Shown here: positions 1 to 9,028 of the stretch, in pieces
Numbering within the stretch: position 1 is the stretch's first letter
Layout: the number at the start of each line of letters is the position of its first letter
IMG/VR virus record: IMGVR_UViG_3300032270_001390
Span: 1 to 46,405 of that record
Reading direction: 5' to 3' (one strand)
DNA length: 46,405 nucleotides
Origin: a virus
Taxonomy: Duplodnaviria; Caudoviricetes
The notes under the pieces: model-generated
The model's input: the letters and a program-made list of their open reading frames with translations, nothing else
What the model was told of the DNA's origin: nothing
Databases searched by the model: none
Made by a program: the position numbers and the translations under genes

Positions 1-294
1 TCCAACATCGATACCAAAGCATGAAATTGGCATTCCACGTTCTGTACCTAAGTTTGATAATACAGGTGATGCTAAACATAACCAGTTCTTAACTATTGCT
101 TCGTAAAAGAATGGTTGTAAATCTTTACGTTTTAATCTGCGTGCTGCTGATTTGGTTACTCTCTTGTATGCATCAAACACATCTTCATCAGGTAATAAAT
201 AACCTTTTGAAATCATACTAACTGCAATTTCATCCATCCAACTTGGGTAATTCTTTCCCTTAACCCATCCATCTGTGTCTACTTGTATACTCAT
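1..294 (-). CDS. nrdA: Ribonucleotide reductase class I alpha subunit, N-terminal part (runs off window start)
   Basis: Not in ORF track. Manual translation from ATG at 294: MSIQVDTDGWVKGKNYPSWMDEIAVSMISKGYLLPDEDVFDAYKRV...WLCLASPVLSNLGTERGMPISCFG. Has GYLL, SPVLSN and PISCF motifs; directly downstream of nrdB. Confidence 0.93.
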   Translation of the reverse strand, partial: MSIQVDTDGWVKGKNYPSWMDEIAVSMISKGYLLPDEDVFDAYKRVTKSAARRLKRKDLQPFFYEAIVKNWLCLASPVLSNLGTERGMPISCFGIDVG

Positions 295-304
295 TTTTTA
301 TATT

Positions 305-1255
305 TTATAAATCGTCCCAATCTGCTGTTGATTTTGAATAACTTGTTACGCGGCCTGCGAAAAAGTCTTGATGTGTTTTACCACTTGTTAAATGACCAAA
401 CCACTCAATTTGTTTTAATAAACCTGGGTCAATATCATTGTAGATTGCTTTATAACCTAATTCCATTATTTTCTCATTAGCACGTGCCTTAATGAAATTT
501 TTAAGTTGATTAACATTTAATCCATCAACATCTCCCATTTCAAATGCCTTATCAATAAAATCAAACTCTAATTGTACTGATATTTGACATGCTTCTATTA
601 CTGCGTCTCTTAATCTATTATTATTTAGTTCAGGTTGTTCTTCAAGTAATGTTCTAAACAACCAACATCCTGCTTTAGAATGTAATGATTCATCTCTAAC
701 ACTCCATTCAACAATCTGACCTGTTCCTTTCATTAAGTTTCTTAATTGGAAACTCATCAATATAGCAAACGAACTAAATAAATTTACACCTTCAGTAAAT
801 GCTGAGAATATAGCTAATGATAATGCTCTTTCCTCTAATGTTTCGCCTGGGGTTTCAATTAGTCGTTCAATTTTTGCTTTTGAAGTTTCATCTTCTAGAA
901 ATGCTTGGAAATCATCTAAACCTAATTCTTCATTTAAGCGAGCATATGCCTCAGCGTGAATTGATTCAAAATCAGCAAACACACGAGCCATTGCTTGAAT
1001 TTCAGGTTTTGGAAACCATACTGATACTTTTGTTGACCAGTAATCATTTACATGGACCTCAGTTTGTGCGAATGATTTTAATATGTTTCCAATTAAATTC
1101 TTTTCAGGTTCTGTTAGTTTGCCTTTCCAATCACCTAAATCAGATGCTAATGGAACTTCGTCTGCTAACCAGTGTACTCGATGCTGGTCCTTGTAAAAAT
1201 CAAATGCTTGTTGATACTCAAACGGCTTATAAAAATTTCTTACTTCAGTAATCAT
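305..1255 (-). CDS. nrdB: Ribonucleotide reductase class I beta subunit
   Basis: Ferritin-like dimetal motifs FESIHAEAY, TEGVNLFSSF, RDESLH; C-terminal DFFAGRVTSY. Confidence 0.96.
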   Translation of the reverse strand: MITEVRNFYKPFEYQQAFDFYKDQHRVHWLADEVPLASDLGDWKGKLTEPEKNLIGNILKSFAQTEVHVNDYWSTKVSVWFPKPEIQAMARVFADFESIHAEAYARLNEELGLDDFQAFLEDETSKAKIERLIETPGETLEERALSLAIFSAFTEGVNLFSSFAILMSFQLRNLMKGTGQIVEWSVRDESLHSKAGCWLFRTLLEEQPELNNNRLRDAVIEACQISVQLEFDFIDKAFEMGDVDGLNVNQLKNFIKARANEKIMELGYKAIYNDIDPGLLKQIEWFGHLTSGKTHQDFFAGRVTSYSKSTADWDDL

Positions 1256-1274
1256 ATAACGTTAATATAATAAA

Positions 1275-2639
1275 TTATTTGCTAAGTTCAAAGAACTTCT
1301 TTTGAAGTGCTTCTCTTTCTAAAGAATTCACACTACTAAATTCATTTACAGGTTTTGATGGGGTATAATTACCAGCTTCTTCATCATAATCATCAAATAC
1401 TTCAAAATGACCTGTTGATGTATCAATTTTAGCACCAAATGTCATTCCGTCTATTCCATATCTGTTTTTCATAATGTGAAATCTACCTGTTCCAGCCACT
1501 TTATCTTCTTTTTTACGTGAGAGAGAAATAGCTACATCAGTAATCATGATTTTGTCATAGCTACCTGCAGCTTTATCGCCTTCAATAATATCATCTTTGG
1601 CTCCTGCTCTGTTAACTTGAGATACACTCCAAATAGGGAGTTTTAGTTCACGAGCAAGACCTTTAGTACTAAGATAAATATCATCAATTTCGTCTTTACG
1701 TTCACGATTGTTTCTTTTTGATCGAAGTAGATCGACATAATCTATAATAATCAAATCAGGTTTAAATCCTTGATCAATACATTTTTGAATGTGGGATTCT
1801 AATGTAGAGATAGATGCTTTGCCTGGTGAGTATTCTTTGATGACTAGATCACCAGGTAAGTCTTTAATTGTGTTTTCAACATCAGATTTATGTTTAAGAA
1901 TGGTGTTAACAGGTATTCCTGTAAAGAACGCATCGTATCGTCTGCCAACATAATCTTCGCCTAACTCAAGTGTATAATGGATTACATTGTATCCTAATTT
2001 CACTGCATGACCTCCTAATGCTATAAGGGTCCATGATTTACCACCTCCAGGATTACCAAATATTAGTCCAAAGTCTCCACTTCCTATCCCACCTTCTAGT
2101 ATTTCATTAAATAAAGGCCAAGGAGTAGATACAGCAATACGGTGTTCTTCTCTATATCGAGTTTCTGTGTCTTTACTATATTCTAATCCTATGTTTTTAT
2201 CTCCACCTGCCTTTAAAGCATTGTCTACTAAAAAACGAATTGAATCATAGTCACCAGCATTTAATAACTCTACTGAGCTTAGTAATGCTTTTTTTAGTTG
2301 TTGGTTTTTACAAAAATTAGAAAATTCTTCTTCAACATATGCTAAATCATCATCGGATGCTTTGTATGCTTCTTTAAGTTGTTCTTTAATTGATAATTGT
2401 AAAACATCATTATCAATTCTTTTTAATTCAATTTTTAATACTTCCATACTAGGAGTAGTATGGTATTTTTCATAGTAATTTAAAATTTCTTTAATAACCC
2501 ACTTATGAGCTGTGTTGTCAAAATATTCATCACTAATAATATCATGAATATTCACTAAGAACTCTTTATGGGTTAATAAAGACGATATTACTTTGATTTG
2601 AAAGTGTGTCCCATATTGGGAAAGGGTACTTAATGTCAT
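1275..2639 (-). CDS. DnaB-like replicative helicase (T4 gp41-like)
   Basis: Walker A GNPGGGKS, YTLEL, Walker B IIIDYVDLL, SQVNR, KNRYG. Confidence 0.93.
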   Translation of the reverse strand: MTLSTLSQYGTHFQIKVISSLLTHKEFLVNIHDIISDEYFDNTAHKWVIKEILNYYEKYHTTPSMEVLKIELKRIDNDVLQLSIKEQLKEAYKASDDDLAYVEEEFSNFCKNQQLKKALLSSVELLNAGDYDSIRFLVDNALKAGGDKNIGLEYSKDTETRYREEHRIAVSTPWPLFNEILEGGIGSGDFGLIFGNPGGGKSWTLIALGGHAVKLGYNVIHYTLELGEDYVGRRYDAFFTGIPVNTILKHKSDVENTIKDLPGDLVIKEYSPGKASISTLESHIQKCIDQGFKPDLIIIDYVDLLRSKRNNRERKDEIDDIYLSTKGLARELKLPIWSVSQVNRAGAKDDIIEGDKAAGSYDKIMITDVAISLSRKKEDKVAGTGRFHIMKNRYGIDGMTFGAKIDTSTGHFEVFDDYDEEAGNYTPSKPVNEFSSVNSLEREALQKKFFELSK

Positions 2640-2648
2640 ATAACTTAT

Positions 2649-3692
2649 TTATTTAAAACTACTTAATACTTTGAATGTCTCTCTTAACCAATAATCGGCA
2701 TTTTTTAGAACATTAACTAAACCATCTTCATGATATAAATTTAAAAACTCTTTTGCCTTTAAATTAAAGGGTCTTGCTTCTACTAATTCTTGTATAATTT
2801 CTTTTTCATCATCATCCATTAACGGATTACTTAAATCCATTATTTTATAGTTATTCCTTATCGAATCACTATTAAACACTATTCGAGAATATATTACATT
2901 TTCTTTATATTTAGCTTCACTAATATCGAATATATCCTCTAATACTAAATCTTCTTCAGCTAATTCTGGGAATAGTTTAAATAACTTCTTAGGGCCTAAT
3001 CCTTGTATTCCTGGGATTTTATCTGAATTATCACCCATTAGTGTTTTATATAAGATAAAATTCTTAGGCGATAAACCAAATTTATCTTTTACTGTTTTTG
3101 GAGTATAATACTCTTTAACCATAGGGCTATAAACAGTTATATTGTCTGTAACTAGTTGTAAGAAATCTTTATCTGCGGATGTAATAATACATTTAGATTG
3201 GTATTTTTCGGTCATATATTGGGATAAATGAGCGATAATATCATCTGCCTCGACTTTATCAAGGGATATAACTTTAATTGGTAAACACCGTAGATAATGA
3301 ATTAGTCTAGATATTTGATTGGCTTTAGAATCTTGTTCATCATCTATATTATCAAAAGCCTCATAATTAGTTATCTGTTTAATGTTTCTCCCAGACTTAT
3401 ATTCGGGGAGTAAGTTCTTCCGGTTAACAGAAGAACCCACTCCATCAAATACAACATATACAGATGTAGGTTTATTTTGGTTAATTAGAAATCCTAACGA
3501 TCTTAAAAATCCTCCAAGTCCTCCAATATGAACTCCATCTTGATTAATATAATTTAATACAGCAAAATTTCTTAAAAATAAATTTAAACCATCTATAATC
3601 AATACTCGATCATGTTTATTAAATGTAGGTCCGTTAGATTCGGGTTCGTTAGTGATACCATCTAATAACTTAAATAGATTTTTCTTATCCAT
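2649..3692 (-). CDS. 5'-3' exonuclease / flap endonuclease (phage RNase H-like)
   Basis: IIDGLN, VVFDG, YKSGR, EADDII, SADKDFLQL, GDNSDKIPGIQGLGPK (H3TH). Start taken at MDKKNL (3692). Confidence 0.93.
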   Translation of the reverse strand: MDKKNLFKLLDGITNEPESNGPTFNKHDRVLIIDGLNLFLRNFAVLNYINQDGVHIGGLGGFLRSLGFLINQNKPTSVYVVFDGVGSSVNRKNLLPEYKSGRNIKQITNYEAFDNIDDEQDSKANQISRLIHYLRCLPIKVISLDKVEADDIIAHLSQYMTEKYQSKCIITSADKDFLQLVTDNITVYSPMVKEYYTPKTVKDKFGLSPKNFILYKTLMGDNSDKIPGIQGLGPKKLFKLFPELAEEDLVLEDIFDISEAKYKENVIYSRIVFNSDSIRNNYKIMDLSNPLMDDDEKEIIQELVEARPFNLKAKEFLNLYHEDGLVNVLKNADYWLRETFKVLSSFK

Positions 3693-4776
3693 TTGCTTCC
3701 TCGTCAACTAAAAGAATAGTATCTCTACTTTCATTCCATTCTGAATTGTCTTCTACTATCTCAAACTCACCTGATCCTAGGATATTTACCCACTCATGTG
3801 CGTGTTCTTTCTTGTATTTTTCGATTTCACTTTCATCAATAAATCCATGAATAGTAGCAATAACTGTACTTTTTGTTTGTAGTCCTGTAACGTGGTTTTT
3901 ATCACAAGCTACTTTTGTTCTAACAGCATATTCTACTTCTTTTTTATTCTTAGTTGCTTTAATTTTACTTGTTCCGCTGTTAGTAACATTACCAAATGTT
4001 AATACAATTGATGAATCTAAAAACATTGTTTCACCATTTTTCATCTTCATCTTTGGTTGACTCATAACATTTTCTGCAGGCGCAACCCAGATTTTATTAA
4101 CAGCTACCATTGAATTAGTGTAAGGTGATGTTTCTTTACGAGACATTGGGAATCTTTGATTAATAAAATTACCAAACTGTTGTGACACAGCACCTGCATT
4201 CCACATTGGGTTATTTTTATTCTGTTCTACACTCATTTTACATGGAATAGAACCAATTGAATCCCAGAAGAAACATAAATCGTAAGGTAAATTACCTTTA
4301 CGTTGTTCATCTAGAAGATCAGCTATAAAACTAGCTACGTCTTCAATTGTTCCTAATGTTCCTCTATCCACATATAAAAAGAAACCTTTGTAATCTAATA
4401 CCTCACCTGTTGTTTCATCAACAACATCTTCTACTTGGAATCCCATTTGTTTAGCGTGTTCCCAAGACCATTTCATCTCAGTAATGATAAAAACTGGCAA
4501 AATGCCCATTTTCTGGGCATTAATTGCTAGTTCTAACATGGCTGTCGTTTTACCTGTGTTACTATGACCACGCAGTAGTGTGATATGTCCCATAGGTGCT
4601 CCAGGTATTGAAATTGATTCTTGTAATGCTTTAGAAAACGGAATCCATCTTTGTTCTTTAAACTTAACATTCGTATTTAATAGCTTTTTCTCCTTAAACT
4701 TGTCTAAGCTAAAATTAGCTTTCATTTCAGCGGATACAGCAGCCGTCAACGATGTTGATTTTTCTCTTTTAGCCAT
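3685..4776 (-). CDS. recA: RecA/UvsX-like recombinase
   Basis: Walker A GHSNTGKTT, ITEMK, Walker B FFWDSIG, KNH motif; lies between SSB and exonuclease genes. Confidence 0.85.
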   Translation of the reverse strand: MAKREKSTSLTAAVSAEMKANFSLDKFKEKKLLNTNVKFKEQRWIPFSKALQESISIPGAPMGHITLLRGHSNTGKTTAMLELAINAQKMGILPVFIITEMKWSWEHAKQMGFQVEDVVDETTGEVLDYKGFFLYVDRGTLGTIEDVASFIADLLDEQRKGNLPYDLCFFWDSIGSIPCKMSVEQNKNNPMWNAGAVSQQFGNFINQRFPMSRKETSPYTNSMVAVNKIWVAPAENVMSQPKMKMKNGETMFLDSSIVLTFGNVTNSGTSKIKATKNKKEVEYAVRTKVACDKNHVTGLQTKSTVIATIHGFIDESEIEKYKKEHAHEWVNILGSGEFEIVEDNSEWNESRDTILLVDEEANG

Positions 4777-4790
4777 AATTTGTTTTTATT

Positions 4791-5663
4791 TTAGAATGGT
4801 GAACCTTCGCCTTCTTCTTCATCGTCAAACAACGCATCAAACTTATCTGCTTTGCTTGAAGGTTTAGCAGGAGTTTTAAGGCTATAGTTTGATTTAGGTT
4901 CTTCTTTTGCTTTGGTTAGAAGTGGATCTTCATCCTTATCTTCAACAGTATCAGTAGTTTCTTCTTCATCTTCAACAGTATCTGTTTCCTCGTCTTCTGG
5001 GTTTAACCAGTTTTGGAGAATTTCTTTTAGAGCATCAAACTCCATTTTGCGTTGAATTTCAAGAATATTTGGTTGTTCTTCTAACCACGTTTTGATAGTT
5101 TCAGTATCAGTATTTAGTGGTGTTGTTTTAGGTTTAACACGAATTGATGATTTCAATCCTTGACGACCACCAATATCACCTGTTACTACATCAACTGTAA
5201 AGTCACGTCCTTCACTAATGTCAGTAAAATCTCCATAATCCTCATCTTCAGCAATACCTAGTAATTGCATGTAGATTTCTTTTCCAAATTCCCACAAACG
5301 AACTCCTTTTTCTTCTTCACCACGAACCACTATAGGAGCAAAAACTCTCATTTTTGGATCTAATTTCTTAGCCAATTGCCAGTTTTCTTTTTCTTGTGTG
5401 TTACGAAGTGATTTTGCAAACTCAACAATTGGATCTTTTTCACCCCAGTTAGTTAAAGCATAAATTGGGAATTTTGAGAACCCGTAGTGTACGAACACTT
5501 CTTGAAATGGGTTACTTTTATTTAGAATTGAAGGTACAATTCGAATTTGATATTTACCTTCTGATTTTGGTTTCCAAAGATATTTGGAATAATCAACTTT
5601 TTCTTTCTTTTGCCCGGTTGATTGTAGGGCATTCAGTTTTTGTTTGATTGCTTTGATGTCCAT
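4791..5663 (-). CDS. Single-stranded DNA-binding protein (gp32-like)
   Basis: WKPK..G...IRIVP, VVRGEEEKGVRLWEFGK, YGDFTDISEGRDF; strongly acidic tail ending in PF. Confidence 0.85.
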   Translation of the reverse strand: MDIKAIKQKLNALQSTGQKKEKVDYSKYLWKPKSEGKYQIRIVPSILNKSNPFQEVFVHYGFSKFPIYALTNWGEKDPIVEFAKSLRNTQEKENWQLAKKLDPKMRVFAPIVVRGEEEKGVRLWEFGKEIYMQLLGIAEDEDYGDFTDISEGRDFTVDVVTGDIGGRQGLKSSIRVKPKTTPLNTDTETIKTWLEEQPNILEIQRKMEFDALKEILQNWLNPEDEETDTVEDEEETTDTVEDKDEDPLLTKAKEEPKSNYSLKTPAKPSSKADKFDALFDDEEEGEGSPF

Positions 5664-5683
5664 AGCGTTTATTTATTTATTTA

Positions 5684-5713
5684 TTAATGTACGAAATATA
5701 TAGTTGAGGCAAA
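5684..5713 (-). promoter_or_regulatory. Candidate early/middle promoter upstream of SSB
   Basis: Minus strand TTTG-18 nt-TACATTAA loosely resembles the Bacteroidota TTTG/TAnnTTTG promoter; followed by an A-rich leader without SD. Confidence 0.35.
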
Positions 5714-5768
5714 ATTTAGTTATAAAAACTCTCGAAATCCTCTTAAAAAATGTACTTTGAAAATGCGC

Positions 5769-6191
5769 TTAAAGTTCTACAATGTTATGTATTTTTGTTT
5801 TGAGTTGTTTTAGTTCGTTATGTTGTGTTAATAATATTGTGTTTTTATAGTGTTGCCAATTAATTTTGTAATGAACATCTACTGCTCCACCATTTAATTT
5901 TTTAATCAACTCATTAAGAGCATTAATGGTGTAAAGAGTATTTGTTTCCTTTTTACGATGAACAAGAATAGTGTTATCGGGAATAGAACTTAGATTAATT
6001 TGATCGGTATTGTAAGTGACAACATATTCTCCCGTATCTTTAATGTACAAAACAAATAGTTTATTATACATTATTACATACCTGTGGGAAATTTCCTTGA
6101 TGAAATTATCTATTTCTTCAAGAGTAACGAAAGTACAGAATAGTTTGTTGTTCACATCTACAAAATTCAAAAAATCACTATAATCATACAT
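5769..6191 (-). CDS. Hypothetical phage protein
   Basis: Well-formed ORF (NKLFCTF, ILVHRKKETNTLYTINALN). Start MYDYS lies 1 nt after the polymerase stop. Confidence 0.75.
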   Translation of the reverse strand: MYDYSDFLNFVDVNNKLFCTFVTLEEIDNFIKEISHRYVIMYNKLFVLYIKDTGEYVVTYNTDQINLSSIPDNTILVHRKKETNTLYTINALNELIKKLNGGAVDVHYKINWQHYKNTILLTQHNELKQLKTKIHNIVEL

Positions 6192-6192
6192 A

Positions 6193-7467
6193 TCATTTTT
6201 CTTCTGTAAAGTCATAATCGCGTCCTTGTTTAGTTTTTACATTTAAATTAAAATTCTTAAAAATATTATATATTTGAGGCATCAACTGTTGCTCTTCATT
6301 TTCATCTACATCAAATAAAAATGAATCATAGGTATATAATACTATTTGCGTGTTTTTACCTATTAATAATTTATGAATTTTTAGTAGAATCTCAACATTT
6401 GTTGAAGTTTCTAAATTTTGAAGCATATAATTAAACAGCTTCTGAGGGTTCATATTAGGTAATTGATTTGTAAGACTATAACCTGAAATTGGCACAATAA
6501 CTTCACCTAAGTTATTGAAAGTTTCCCAGTTATTATTTATAAATTCTGTTGTTTTCTGGAAGAATTCTAAGTGTTTATATTCATCAAACACACCTCCATA
6601 TAACTGCTTAAATGTTAATTCCTTAGCTTTATTATAATCTACCTCATACATGCTAGCAAAAGCAGCATGTATATCAGGCACGTCAAATTCATAATTAACC
6701 AGTTGTCCAGCCAAGGTTGGATGATAAGCTGAGATGTCAATTTCAGTGAATTTGTGATTTTTTGGTATAAAACTTTGACGTGAGCCATTTTCTTTATTTA
6801 GAGCAGCAAAATTAACCCCATTAAAACTATTTGAAGGTCTTCTCGTTGTAGTAAATAGGTTGTATTGAGTATAAACTGTGTTGTTTTGAATTGAATATAA
6901 CTTAGATTTTGTTTCATAAAATTTATCAAATGTGTTAGAATTAATTTTTATACCATTTTTTTCTATTCCAAAGAATGCTAAAATGGTCTTATCCATAAAT
7001 ATGTCTCTAGTTTCTGAGGTAGCTGCTTTAAACACATTTTCGCAGGCTTCATAGTGTTTTACTACAGGGATAATTCTATTAATGTCATTGCGATTTTTAT
7101 ATTGGGAATAAAAATATGTGTGGACTTTAGTAGATTCATTTATTGGAGTAAAACTACAATTGATTAAATTAATAACACTCTTTATAGGAAAATAATATAA
7201 AAAAGATTTTTTATCTCGAACATAAATGATATCTAATTTTTTTAAAAAATCAAAAACATGATTTATATCTAAAGATAAAGTTTCACTATGATCGATACAA
7301 ATTAAGCATCCGTGATTTCCCTTAATAGGTTTAATGTAAATTAAAGATACATCATTTAGTATAGGATGAGTATTACTGTTATGTGGTATAACTTCTATGA
7401 ATACTTCCCTGTATCCTTTATTATAAAATGCCTCCAATTGGGTTGGAGTCTCTATTAACCAAAACAT
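6193..7467 (-). CDS. Divergent, short family-A DNA polymerase-like protein
   Basis: Motif A EIDISAYHP, motif B KAKELTFKQLYGG, LQNLETS helix, motif C YTYDSFLFD, TTRRPSN (cf. TGRLSS). Confidence 0.8.
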   Translation of the reverse strand: MFWLIETPTQLEAFYNKGYREVFIEVIPHNSNTHPILNDVSLIYIKPIKGNHGCLICIDHSETLSLDINHVFDFLKKLDIIYVRDKKSFLYYFPIKSVINLINCSFTPINESTKVHTYFYSQYKNRNDINRIIPVVKHYEACENVFKAATSETRDIFMDKTILAFFGIEKNGIKINSNTFDKFYETKSKLYSIQNNTVYTQYNLFTTTRRPSNSFNGVNFAALNKENGSRQSFIPKNHKFTEIDISAYHPTLAGQLVNYEFDVPDIHAAFASMYEVDYNKAKELTFKQLYGGVFDEYKHLEFFQKTTEFINNNWETFNNLGEVIVPISGYSLTNQLPNMNPQKLFNYMLQNLETSTNVEILLKIHKLLIGKNTQIVLYTYDSFLFDVDENEEQQLMPQIYNIFKNFNLNVKTKQGRDYDFTEEK

Positions 7468-7506
7468 AACCTTTATTTATTAGTACAATGTTAATATAAT
7501 AAAATA

Positions 7507-8379
7507 TTATCCTATCCCCAAATTTTGAGTAGTTTTCTTTTCTTGAAATTGAGGAGAATATTTTTTATACAATAAACGAGGTTGACCATATAAAGGGAAT
7601 GGACCTGCTGTTGGACCTTTTCTAGCTTCTACATGATATGGTCCTACATAATCTTTTCCATCTGTTGTAACCAATTCATTACCATTAGTGTATAAATTAT
7701 TTTGGGGAGTATATGAATAAAATTGCAAATAATTATATTTTAAATATTCATCTAAACCTTTAATATTTTGGGAAGATTGTAAAAATTGAACTACATTTTG
7801 GTTTTGTTTAAATGTTCTTTCTAAATTTCCATTCAATGTCCAATTAATAGAATATATAGTATATAAATCAGCAGCAGTCTCTTGGGGTTTAGTAGTGTAT
7901 AAATCAAATGATGTTTTGTTAGTTTCTATATACACAGAATCATTATTTTTTCTAGCAAAATATCTAACAAATAATCCATTAGTATAATCATCTTTAGTAG
8001 GAAATACTGTAATTTTTGTAGGAAGAGTTCTAGGAGTAAAATTTAGAATTTCATCATTAATTTGGGCATAAGCATATGATGAAGTAGTAAAAGAATAAGT
8101 GTTAAATGAAGGTGCAAAAGGGGTTGAAAATATATTTAATATTTGATTTTGAGTAGTATCTAAAACATTATCAGTGTATGAAGATGTTGTAAAGGTAGGA
8201 GTAAATAAAATAATTTCCTTAATAGGAGAATCATATTGATTTCTTCCTGTATAGTATCTCCCAGTGTACAGTTTATGGTAATATCCAGTGTATGATTTAT
8301 CGGTATTCTCTGCATATACAAACTCAGATCCGTCTGTATACAGATTAATGATTATTTTATTTTTAGGTATATATGCCAT
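7507..8379 (-). CDS. Hypothetical baseplate-region protein
   Basis: Last gene of the baseplate unit; NLYTxGxE...YxGxYH motif present twice; PTxxDYxxG..RYF motif. Confidence 0.65.
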   Translation of the reverse strand: MAYIPKNKIIINLYTDGSEFVYAENTDKSYTGYYHKLYTGRYYTGRNQYDSPIKEIILFTPTFTTSSYTDNVLDTTQNQILNIFSTPFAPSFNTYSFTTSSYAYAQINDEILNFTPRTLPTKITVFPTKDDYTNGLFVRYFARKNNDSVYIETNKTSFDLYTTKPQETAADLYTIYSINWTLNGNLERTFKQNQNVVQFLQSSQNIKGLDEYLKYNYLQFYSYTPQNNLYTNGNELVTTDGKDYVGPYHVEARKGPTAGPFPLYGQPRLLYKKYSPQFQEKKTTQNLGIG

Positions 8380-8380
8380 T

Positions 8381-9025
8381 TTATACTAATAAATACTGAG
8401 GAAAATACTGGGTGAAAAATAGTTTTGCCTCAGAAGATAAAAGTTTATTAGTAGACAAATATTCATTTATCTTGTTTATCAGTTGAGGTAAAGAAAATGA
8501 AGTTTGGCCTTGGTATCCTGATTGGGCTAGTGAGGGAAATAATTTATTTAAAGATATGATAGCTTTATTCCATTCACCTGTTTTTAAGTATGGGACTGCT
8601 CTTTCTAATAATACTATACATGCATTATCTTGGCTTATAGGAGTAAAATCATTTAAATTATATTGTGTAGCTATGGTATTCCATGTGTTTGCTAAAATTT
8701 GATATCTTCCAGCAGCTGTAGAAAAATTATTAGGATCATCATTAGGTCCTTTTCTCCATTTAATAAGAATATTAGGATGATTTTTTAGGTTATTATCTCC
8801 TTGAATATAACTTCTACCCCATTTTTCTAAAGTATTAGGTTTCCCATAAGAAACATAACTTCCAGTGTATTTAGTAGTTCCATCTGAAGATATCCCCCAT
8901 ATAAGTAGGTTATATCCTATAGATTCATTTTTAAAGTCAGTTCCTTCACTCCAAGCAATTAGGTCTAAGAATACTTGAATTCGTTGGAACAATTCTTGAT
9001 TATTTTTTATAGGTATGGAATTCAT
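8381..9025 (-). CDS. Lambda R-type lysozyme / lytic transglycosylase, probably tail-associated
   Basis: FLDLIAWSEGT (catalytic Glu), STAAGRYQILANTW, DFTPISQD, PSL motifs of the lambda endolysin family. Confidence 0.9.
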   Translation of the reverse strand: MNSIPIKNNQELFQRIQVFLDLIAWSEGTDFKNESIGYNLLIWGISSDGTTKYTGSYVSYGKPNTLEKWGRSYIQGDNNLKNHPNILIKWRKGPNDDPNNFSTAAGRYQILANTWNTIATQYNLNDFTPISQDNACIVLLERAVPYLKTGEWNKAIISLNKLFPSLAQSGYQGQTSFSLPQLINKINEYLSTNKLLSSEAKLFFTQYFPQYLLV

Positions 9026-9028
9026 ATA

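Noticed and set aside
5668-5686. (TTTA)n run upstream of the SSB gene as an iteron/origin
   Set aside because: Only about four copies in an AT-rich leader; more simply an unstructured A-rich translation leader.
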